This document shows positions 56,887 through 64,000 of a stretch of DNA of 64,000 nt, piece by piece. The notes beneath the pieces were generated by a model that was not told the origin of the DNA, did not search any database, and saw nothing but the letters and a program-made list of their open reading frames with translations. The stretch is from positions 584 through 64,583 of the forward strand of contig JBBRPV010000005.1 in NCBI GenBank assembly GCA_038227445.1, read 5' to 3'. Numbering within the stretch: the stretch's first letter is position 1; each line of letters starts with the position of its first letter. Both the position numbers and the translations under genes were made by a program. The stretch is from Burkholderiales bacterium (GTDB lineage Bacteria > Pseudomonadota > Gammaproteobacteria > Burkholderiales > Burkholderiaceae_C).

Positions 56887-57927
56887 TCAGGCTGCACCAT
56901 GGCCAGCGTTGGCCACGTACCAAGCCATTGCCTGCGCTAAGCCTTCGCGCACGCGGTAGGCGGGGTCGTAGCCCAGGCGCGCCCTGGCCTTGCTGATGTC
57001 GGCCAGCGAATGCAGCACGTCACCTTCGCGAAACGCGCGCCGCTGCGGGCTGGCTTCGCGCAGGTGGTCGAAGCGTTCAGCCAAACTCGAGCGCAACAGT
57101 TCGTACAGATCGTTCAACGAGGTTCGGTCGCCCACAGCAATGTTGTAGATCTGGTTTGGCGCGTCGGGGTTTTTAGCCAGCGCTGCCAACAGGTTCGCCT
57201 GCACGGCGTTGTCAACGAAGCAGAAATCGCGGCTGGTCTCGCCGTCGCCGTTGATGAAGACCGGCTGGTTGCGCAGCATCGATGCGATCCACTTCGGAAT
57301 GACGGCGGTGTAAGCGCCGTTCGGGTCTTGGCGCGGGCCGAACACGTTGAAATATCGCAGGCCGATCGACTCGAACCCGTAGCAACGCGCGAACACGTCG
57401 GCATAAAGCTCGTTCACGTATTTTGTGACGGCGTAGGGCGAGAGAGGCCGACCAATCGCGGCTTCTACTTTCGGCAATGCCGGGTGGTCTCCGTAGGTCG
57501 AGCTGGACGCTGCGAAGACAAAACGCTTCACGCCAGCGTCGCGCGCGGCAGTCAGCATGTTCAGAAAGCCCGTAATGTTGGCGCTGTTGGTGAGCACCGG
57601 GTCGGCCAACGAGCGCGGCACGCTGCCAAGCGCCGCTTGGTGCAGCACGTAGTTCACACCAGCGCAGGCCTCCGTGCAGTCTGCCGTCTCGCGGATGTCA
57701 CCACGAATGAAGCGAAAGCGCGCCCACTGTTCGGCTGATACGAGCGAACGCACTTCGTCCAGGTTGTGCTGGTGGCCCGTGGCAAAGTTATCGAGGCCCA
57801 CCACCTGCTGGTCGAGCTGGAGCAAGGCTTCGAGAAGGTTCGAGCCGATGAACCCGGCCGCGCCCGTCACGAGCCAGGTGAGGCGCTCTGTGCGAAGGCG
57901 CAATTGCAGGTCGGTGAGGGCGCTCAT
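56887..57927 (-). CDS. wbpP: UDP-GlcNAc(A) 4-epimerase, WbpP/TviC family
   Basis: [49 protein letters not shown]. Confidence 0.92.
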   Translation of the reverse strand: MSALTDLQLRLRTERLTWLVTGAAGFIGSNLLEALLQLDQQVVGLDNFATGHQHNLDEVRSLVSAEQWARFRFIRGDIRETADCTEACAGVNYVLHQAALGSVPRSLADPVLTNSANITGFLNMLTAARDAGVKRFVFAASSSTYGDHPALPKVEAAIGRPLSPYAVTKYVNELYADVFARCYGFESIGLRYFNVFGPRQDPNGAYTAVIPKWIASMLRNQPVFINGDGETSRDFCFVDNAVQANLLAALAKNPDAPNQIYNIAVGDRTSLNDLYELLRSSLAERFDHLREASPQRRAFREGDVLHSLADISKARARLGYDPAYRVREGLAQAMAWYVANAGHGAA

Positions 57928-57938
57928 GGTGCTTCGGA

Positions 57939-59234
57939 TCAAAGGCGCCAGAGGTGCATGCCGGTGGCTGCGATCGCGGTGGCGTCGAAGCTGGCTTTCA
58001 CGTCGACGAACACGGCACCGGGCACGCCCATGGCGGCCACGCTGGCGACCGGAAGTTCCTTGTATTCGCGATGGGCCACCGCGGCCACGATCGCTTGCGC
58101 CTTGGGCATGTCTTTCAGGCTCTTCAGCGAAACGCCGTACTCGTGCTCGGCTTCGCTCGGGGCGGCCAGCGGGTCGTGCACATGCACGGTGGCGCCGTAA
58201 CTCTGCAGCTCTCGGATCACGTCGATCACCTTGCTGTTTCGCAGGTCGGGGCAGTTTTCTTTGAAAGTCAGGCCAAGCACGATGATGTCGGCGCCCTTGA
58301 CCGGCAGGTTGTTCGCGATCATTTCCTTGATGGTCTGTTCGGCGATGTACTTGCCCATGTTGTCGTTGATGCGACGCCCGGCCAAAATCACCTGTGGGTG
58401 GTGGCCCAGCATCTCGGCTTTGTGCGTCAGGTAGTACGGGTCGACGCCGATGCAATGGCCTCCCACCAGGCCTGGGCGGAACGGCAGGAAGTTCCACTTG
58501 CTGCCGGCCGCCTCCAACACTTCGGTCGTGTCGATGCCGATCTTGTGGAAGATGATCGCAAGCTCATTCATCAGAGCGATGTTCAGATCGCGCTGGGTGT
58601 TTTCGATGACCTTGGCAGCCTCGGCCACCATGATGCTGCTAGCCGGGTAGACGCCCGCGGTGATGATCGAGCCGTACATTTTCTCAACAAGCGCGAGCGT
58701 GGCCGGCGTGTCACCGGCAACGACCTTTTTGATCTTCGTGACGGTGCGTTCCTTGTCGCCCGGGTTGATGCGCTCTGGGCTGTAGCCAACGAAGAAGTCC
58801 TGCTTCCATTTAAGCCCCGACAGGCGCTCGATGATCGGAATGCAGATCTCTTCAGTGGCGCCGGGGTACACGGTCGACTCGTACACCACGGTCGCGCCGC
58901 GCTTGATGTGCTTGCCCACCGATTCCGAGCTTTTCACGAGCGGCGTGAAGTCGGGGCGGTGCGCGTCGTCGACCGGCGTGGGCACCGCGACGACGATGAA
59001 ATCGGCCTGGGCAAGCACAGCGGGGTCTGTGCCGTAGCTCAGTTGTCTGGCTGAGCGCAGGTCGTCCTCGCTGACTTCGCCGGTCGGGTCGAAGAAGCGC
59101 TGGTACGCGGCAACCTTCTCGGCCGACATGTCTAGGCCGAGCGTGAGGTACTTCTTGCCGAACTCAACGGCGAGTGGCAAACCCACGTATCCGAGACCGA
59201 TGACAGCAACGGTGGGCGAGGTGGTATCGATCAT
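57939..59234 (-). CDS. wbpO: UDP-HexNAc 6-dehydrogenase, WbpO/TviB family
   Basis: [57 protein letters not shown]. Confidence 0.9.
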   Translation of the reverse strand: MIDTTSPTVAVIGLGYVGLPLAVEFGKKYLTLGLDMSAEKVAAYQRFFDPTGEVSEDDLRSARQLSYGTDPAVLAQADFIVVAVPTPVDDAHRPDFTPLVKSSESVGKHIKRGATVVYESTVYPGATEEICIPIIERLSGLKWKQDFFVGYSPERINPGDKERTVTKIKKVVAGDTPATLALVEKMYGSIITAGVYPASSIMVAEAAKVIENTQRDLNIALMNELAIIFHKIGIDTTEVLEAAGSKWNFLPFRPGLVGGHCIGVDPYYLTHKAEMLGHHPQVILAGRRINDNMGKYIAEQTIKEMIANNLPVKGADIIVLGLTFKENCPDLRNSKVIDVIRELQSYGATVHVHDPLAAPSEAEHEYGVSLKSLKDMPKAQAIVAAVAHREYKELPVASVAAMGVPGAVFVDVKASFDATAIAATGMHLWRL

Positions 59235-59374
59235 GAGCGTTCTCGTTCAAATTCGTAGAGTGGGGCGGCGCCGGCCAGCGCGCCATAAGGATCTGATGTA
59301 GCAGGCAAAGCCTGGAATTCTAGTGTCGCCAATCGAGCAGGCAACGCCGATCCGTGGGGGGCGATAATCGAAGG

Positions 59375-60889
59375 ATGATTGAAATCGCGATACCAACCGC
59401 TGCCAGCGCCGCAGCCGAAACTTCGATGGACGAATCTGCACTCTCTGAGGCGCCACCTTTGGCACTTGAATTTTCGAGCGTTGGGTTGGCTCCAAGCCTG
59501 CAACGTGCGGTGGCGGTTCAGGGTTACACGTTGATGACCCCGATCCAGGCCAAGGCGATTCCGATCGTGCTGGCGGGCCGCGACGTGATGGGCGCAGCCC
59601 AAACCGGCACCGGCAAGACGGCCGCGTTTTCGCTGCCGCTGCTGCATCGAATGTTGCGCCACGAAAATTCGAGCATGTCGCCCGCCCGTCATCCGGTGCG
59701 CGCCCTCGTGATCGCACCCACTCGCGAACTCGCCGACCAGGTCGCCGCCAACATCAAGGGCTACGCGGCACAGACCAAGCTGCGCGTGGCGGTGGTTTAC
59801 GGTGGAATCGACATGAAGCCGCAGACGCTGGAGCTCAAGGGCGGCGTCGAGGTGTTGGTGGCCACGCCGGGCCGGTTGCTTGACCATATTGAAGCCAAGA
59901 ACTGCGTGCTGAACCAAGTGGAATACGTGGTGCTCGATGAAGCTGATCGCATGCTTGATATCGGTTTCCTGCCCGACCTACAACGCATCCTGAGCTACCT
60001 GCCGAAAACACGCCAGACGCTGCTGTTTTCGGCCACGTTTTCTCCAGAAATCAAGCGGCTGGCTGAGAGCTACCTGCAAGACCCGATCCTCGTGGAAGTG
60101 GCGCGCCCGAATGCGACTGCCACCAATGTAGAACAGCGCTTTTTCAGTGTTGCCACCGACGATAAGCGCGGCGCCGTGCTCAAGATCTTAAAAGAGCGTT
60201 CGATCACGCAGGCTCTAATTTTCGTCAACTCCAAGCTGGGTTGTGCGCGGCTGGCGCGCTCCTTCGAGCGCGACGGCTTGCGCACCAACGCGCTGCACGG
60301 TGACAAGTCGCAAGACGAGCGCTTGAAAGCTCTTGATGCCTTCAAGGCCGGTACGGTCGATGTTTTGGTGGCAACAGACGTTGCCGCTCGCGGACTCGAC
60401 ATCGCCGACCTGCCGGCGGTGTTCAATTTCGACGTACCGTTTAACGCAGAAGACTATGTGCATCGCATCGGCCGAACAGGCCGTGCCGGAGCCTCCGGGC
60501 TGGCGGTGACGCTGGTGTCTTCTTCCGACACGCGGTTGGTGGCAGACATAGAAAAATTGATTAAAAAGAAGATTGATCTCGAGCCGATGGAGTTCGACGA
60601 TGGAGCCCCCCGTCGCGAGTACCGAGACCGGGCTCGCCACGATGGCGATGGCGTTGAAGAGCGGCCAGCTCGTGTTGCGCCGGTGGCGCGCACCCCCAGC
60701 GGCACACCGCCGCGTGCGCACCGGGATCCGTTCTTCGACCAGCCCTACGTGCCTTCTGCGGCCGCTGCCGAGCTGGCCTGGGAGAGCAAGGCGCCGGCGC
60801 CAGCGCGTGGCCTGTCGCCCAATATCAAGCCGAAGAAGCGGCTGGCTGCATTGTTCGGCGCGAAGCAGCCAGACGAAGCTGTGACCTGA
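59375..60889 (+). CDS. rhlE: DEAD-box RNA helicase, RhlE-like
   Basis: Q motif, AQTGTGKT, PTRELA, DEADRML, FSAT, HRIGRTGRAG; start 59375 (after GATAAT) or 59426. Confidence 0.9.
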   Translation: MIEIAIPTAASAAAETSMDESALSEAPPLALEFSSVGLAPSLQRAVAVQGYTLMTPIQAKAIPIVLAGRDVMGAAQTGTGKTAAFSLPLLHRMLRHENSSMSPARHPVRALVIAPTRELADQVAANIKGYAAQTKLRVAVVYGGIDMKPQTLELKGGVEVLVATPGRLLDHIEAKNCVLNQVEYVVLDEADRMLDIGFLPDLQRILSYLPKTRQTLLFSATFSPEIKRLAESYLQDPILVEVARPNATATNVEQRFFSVATDDKRGAVLKILKERSITQALIFVNSKLGCARLARSFERDGLRTNALHGDKSQDERLKALDAFKAGTVDVLVATDVAARGLDIADLPAVFNFDVPFNAEDYVHRIGRTGRAGASGLAVTLVSSSDTRLVADIEKLIKKKIDLEPMEFDDGAPRREYRDRARHDGDGVEERPARVAPVARTPSGTPPRAHRDPFFDQPYVPSAAAAELAWESKAPAPARGLSPNIKPKKRLAALFGAKQPDEAVT

Positions 60890-61062
60890 GGCGCCAGCCG
60901 GCCCGCCGATGCATTTGGCTCGCGCAATCCGGCAACCTGATCGTCGTCAATCGAACCGCAAGGCACGGCACGGCCTTCGCTCGGGTTGCGGTGGGCATTT
61001 TCAAGCACGGTCCGCGCCGTTTGAGTCGGCGAAGCGGGTGAGTCGAGTTTGCTCGCAGGCGG

Positions 61063-61827
61063 TCAGGCGGCGAGGATGCAGTACACCACCGGCACGTCGG
61101 CGGGCAGGGGGCTCGGGCGGGCTTTCCAGCGGTCGACCGTGTCGGTGCGGGTGAAGCCCGAGGGCAGCGTCAAGCCGCAGCTCACCGACACGCGCGTGCT
61201 TCCTTGCAGGTGCGTGAGCAGCGCCGCCAGGAAGGCTTCGTTGCGGTAGGGCGTTTCAATCATCAACTGCGTTTGCCCGGCGCGGCGCGACAGCGCCTCA
61301 AGTTCGCGCAAGCGCGTGCCGCGTTCGTTCGCATCCACCGGCAGGTAACCGACAAACGAAAAGCTCTGCCCATTGAGGCCACTTGCAGCCAGCGCCAGCA
61401 GAAGCGAGCTGGGGCCGGGCAGGGTGACCACCGTCAAGCCTACGGCGTGTGCGGCCGCTACCAGAGTGGCGCCCGGGTCGGCCACGGCGGGCAGGCCGGC
61501 TTCCGAGATCAGGCCGATGTCGCGTCCTTTCATGGCGGGCGCCAGCAACTCGTCGAGCCTCAGCATTGCGGCCGCGCGCGCGCCTTTTTGCGGGCGCGGT
61601 AATTCCACAATGTCGAGCGCTTGCAGCGCTTGCTTGAGTGGCACCACGGCGTCGACACGTTTGAGGAAAGCGCGCGTAGTCCTCGCGTTTTCGGCGACCC
61701 AGTGCTGCAGCGCGGCGGCACGCCGAATCACGCCGATCGGCAACACCTCCTGCAGGTCAGGAACGGCGCCGGGTGCCCCGAAGTCCAATGTGTTCGGCAC
61801 CAGCACCAGCTCGCCGCGGCGGCTCAT
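61063..61827 (-). CDS. Tetrapyrrole-methylase-family SAM-dependent methyltransferase (RsmI-like)
   Basis: VAENARTTR, ISEAGLPAVADPG, PGPSSLLLAL..SG, IETPYRN. Confidence 0.88.
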   Translation of the reverse strand: MSRRGELVLVPNTLDFGAPGAVPDLQEVLPIGVIRRAAALQHWVAENARTTRAFLKRVDAVVPLKQALQALDIVELPRPQKGARAAAMLRLDELLAPAMKGRDIGLISEAGLPAVADPGATLVAAAHAVGLTVVTLPGPSSLLLALAASGLNGQSFSFVGYLPVDANERGTRLRELEALSRRAGQTQLMIETPYRNEAFLAALLTHLQGSTRVSVSCGLTLPSGFTRTDTVDRWKARPSPLPADVPVVYCILAA

Positions 61828-62426
61828 GGTTGTAGTGCCAAGAGCGGGTCTACGCCTGCTGCCCGCAGCAAGGCGCAGGTGCGAATCAACGGTAGGCCAA
61901 TAAGGGCTGTTGGGTCATCGGATTCGATAGCCTGGAGCAGTGCGATTCCGAGCGTTTCGGACTTGGCGCTGCCGGCACAGTCGTAAGGTTGCTCGGCGCG
62001 CAGGTACAGCTCAATCTCTTCATCCGAGAGTTCGCGAAACCGGACCCTGACCGGTACCAGAGCTGTGCCGACATAAGCGCTGCTTGCGCAGACCACCGCC
62101 ACCGCGGTCTGAAACACGACGCTGCGCCCGCTCATGCTACGCAGCTGAGCTACCGCGCGCTCGTGGGTTCCGGGTTTGCCGATGGGCTGGCCATCGAGGT
62201 CGGCAATCTGGTCAGAACCTATCACGACCGCTTCGGGGTGTAAGCGCGCAACGGCATGGGCCTTGGCCAGGGCCAGCCTCTGCGCGAGCGCGGCAGGCGC
62301 TTCGCCTGGCAGCGGCGTTTCGTCGACCTCAGGCGCGTGCACTTCGAACGGTAGCCGCAAACGGGCGAGCAGACCGCTCCGGTAGACAGAGGTGGAACCC
62401 AGGATCAACGGCGGTCGTATTCTCAT
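61824..62426 (-). CDS. Maf-family nucleotide pyrophosphatase (YceF-like)
   Basis: LILGSTSVYR, VDETP, AKAHAV, IGSDQ, IGKPGT, DCAGSAKSE, LIGLPL. Confidence 0.92.
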   Translation of the reverse strand: MRIRPPLILGSTSVYRSGLLARLRLPFEVHAPEVDETPLPGEAPAALAQRLALAKAHAVARLHPEAVVIGSDQIADLDGQPIGKPGTHERAVAQLRSMSGRSVVFQTAVAVVCASSAYVGTALVPVRVRFRELSDEEIELYLRAEQPYDCAGSAKSETLGIALLQAIESDDPTALIGLPLIRTCALLRAAGVDPLLALQP

Positions 62427-62482
62427 CGGTTCATTGTCCCATCGAGGGCGCCGACGATTGCCGAGGGTCTTACACTCAGCAG

Positions 62483-63037
62483 ATGGCATCGCGTGATTTC
62501 GACCCCTTGAACCTTGATGTGCAGGCGTTCGCCAAGGAGATCGGCCAACTCGACGGCCGTTGGCCTCTGCTGCAACTCGCGCGCCTTGCGAATTCCGTAC
62601 TTGATGATGTCGGAGCAAACCGCAGTGACACGGAAGTCGTTTGGAGCGTGCGCGGCGACCAGCGCCCCGCGCCCGGTAGAGACCTGCAGGTCTGGCTTCA
62701 CGTCAAGGCCGCCACCGTATTGTTGCTCGAATGCCAACGCTGCCTGCAGCCTATGGCTGCGACGCTGGATGTCGACCGCAGCTTCCTGTTCGTTCATGGT
62801 GAAGATGCTGCCGCGCAGCTCGATGCCGACGGCAAAGACGATGTGCTAGCGCTCACCCGCTCCCTCGACCTGCGCGAGCTGGTCGAAGATGAATTGCTGC
62901 TCGCTCTGCCAATCGTGCCGCGACACGACGTTTGCCCCGAGCCGCTGCCGGTTCGCCCGAACAACCCACTGTCAGAAGAAAAGCCCAACCCTTTCGCGGC
63001 GCTGGCTATCCTTAAGCGCGGGCGGTCTGCGAACTGA
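62483..63037 (+). CDS. yceD: YceD/DUF177-family protein
   Basis: CQRCL, LVEDELLLALP.VPRHDVC, KPNPFAALA; upstream of rpmF. Confidence 0.9.
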   Translation: MASRDFDPLNLDVQAFAKEIGQLDGRWPLLQLARLANSVLDDVGANRSDTEVVWSVRGDQRPAPGRDLQVWLHVKAATVLLLECQRCLQPMAATLDVDRSFLFVHGEDAAAQLDADGKDDVLALTRSLDLRELVEDELLLALPIVPRHDVCPEPLPVRPNNPLSEEKPNPFAALAILKRGRSAN

Positions 63038-63055
63038 CCCAGGCTCTCCCCGCCA

Positions 63056-63064
63056 TGCTAGAAT
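63056..63064 (+). promoter_or_regulatory. Extended -10 promoter TGnTAGAAT for rpmF-plsX
   Basis: TGCTAGAAT about 200 nt upstream of rpmF. Confidence 0.55.
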
Positions 63065-63266
63065 TTTGGGCTCGATAGAGGGCACGCCAGTACACCGTTT
63101 GTCTTTAGGGCTAACGGCGCACCCAAGCGCTGCTTGCTCAATCCCCGTCAGTTAAATACCCGTCAGTGCATCAGTAATTTTTTGCGCTGCATTCAGCGAA
63201 ACCACCCGGCGACTTTTTCTGTCGCAGCGCTGGCCCCGGCTTGAATGAGGGCCCAAGGAGAGTTCC

Positions 63267-63449
63267 ATGGCCGTTCAACAAAACAAGAAATCCCCTTCCA
63301 AGCGCGGCATGCACCGTGCCCACTACGCGTTGAGCGCGCCCGGTACGGCCATCGAGCCAACCACCGGCGAGTCGCATCTGCGCCACCACATCAGCCCGAA
63401 CGGTTTTTACCGTGGACGCAAGGTGCTCAAGACCAAGGCGGACGCCTGA
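63267..63449 (+). CDS. rpmF: 50S ribosomal protein L32
   Basis: [19 protein letters not shown]...HLRHHIS; AAGGAG RBS. Confidence 0.98.
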   Translation: MAVQQNKKSPSKRGMHRAHYALSAPGTAIEPTTGESHLRHHISPNGFYRGRKVLKTKADA

Positions 63450-63498
63450 GAGTTTCAGTGACCGGCCGATCAAGGCTGGTTCGGATCGTTGCCCTTCG

Positions 63499-64000
63499 AT
63501 GAGTGCGGCTCATGCGTCCCAGCACGGCGTAATTCGGCTGGCCGTTGATTGCATGGGTGGAGACTATGGCCCTTCGGTCACTTTGCCCGCCTGCCGCGCT
63601 TTTCTTGCTGCACACCCTTCTGCTGAACTGATTCTGGTTGGTCGCGTGGATGCACTGGCTAGTGCGGCCACTTGGTCCCGCTGCCGCGTGGTTGCAGCCT
63701 CAGAGGTGGTCGAGATGGACGACCCGATCGAGGTTGCTCTGCGCAGGAAGAAAGACTCGTCGCTGCGGGTAGCGGTCGGTCAGGTGAAGGTGGACGCGAA
63801 TGGCGTTTCACAAGCACATGCTTGTGTCTCGGCCGGCAACACCGGTGCGCTGATGGCTGTGGCCCGCTACGTGTTGAAGACGCTCGAGGGCATAGACCGC
63901 CCGGCGATTGCCACCGTGATGCCCAACGAGCGCGATGGATTTACGACTGTGCTCGACCTCGGCGCCAACGTTGACTGCACAGCCGAGCACCTCTTGCAAT
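63499..64000 (+). CDS. plsX: Phosphate acyltransferase PlsX (5' part, runs off the window; absent from the ORF track)
   Basis: Translated by hand: [51 protein letters not shown]. Confidence 0.93.
   Translation, partial: MSAAHASQHGVIRLAVDCMGGDYGPSVTLPACRAFLAAHPSAELILVGRVDALASAATWSRCRVVAASEVVEMDDPIEVALRRKKDSSLRVAVGQVKVDANGVSQAHACVSAGNTGALMAVARYVLKTLEGIDRPAIATVMPNERDGFTTVLDLGANVDCTAEHLLQ

Noticed and set aside
59235-59374. JUMPstart/ops element upstream of the minus-strand cluster
   Set aside because: No GGCGGTAG-type ops motif found in this interval
1-64000. CRISPR arrays, IS elements, integrases, tRNA or rRNA genes, long homopolymer phase-variation tracts, frameshifted pseudogenes
   Set aside because: None recognised by eye; homopolymer runs noticed were 7 nt or shorter; the glycan ORFs appear full length except the WbpM-like tail at 22082-22900

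Overview
High-GC bacterial chromosome segment. Gene content (UbiH-family hydroxylase-dsbC, CIO-type cydAB, maf-yceD-rpmF-plsX) suggests a Burkholderiales betaproteobacterium; this is inference, not a database result. Bases 1-11.5 kb and 59.3-64 kb are housekeeping. Between lysS and rhlE lies a ~47.6 kb surface-glycan region made of three parts. (A) A plus-strand Bordetella wlb-like cluster (11655-22900): WbpB/WbpD/WbpE homologs, 2 methyltransferases, flippase, 2 GT4, an out-of-context thymidylate kinase, an aminotransferase, and a phosphoglycosyltransferase fused to a truncated WbpM/WlbL domain. It has no polymerase. (B) A minus-strand Wzx/Wzy polysaccharide cluster (22930-59234) converging on A: second WbpB/D/E trio, WbpI, WbpO/WbpP, FnlABC, WbpG-HisH2-HisF2, OPX and PCP exporters, MarR regulator. 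(C) A six-gene cassette inside B (26700-32523), split into two convergent triplets: GtrA, WecE, GT-C-like membrane protein (+) and formyltransferase, GtrB/ArnC-like GT2, WbqC (-). It reads as an Arn/Gtr-like lipid-carrier system for adding an N-acylated amino sugar to a surface glycan. No tRNA, rRNA, CRISPR array, transposase or integrase was recognised. Products were assigned by eye from motifs; sugar structures are hypotheses.
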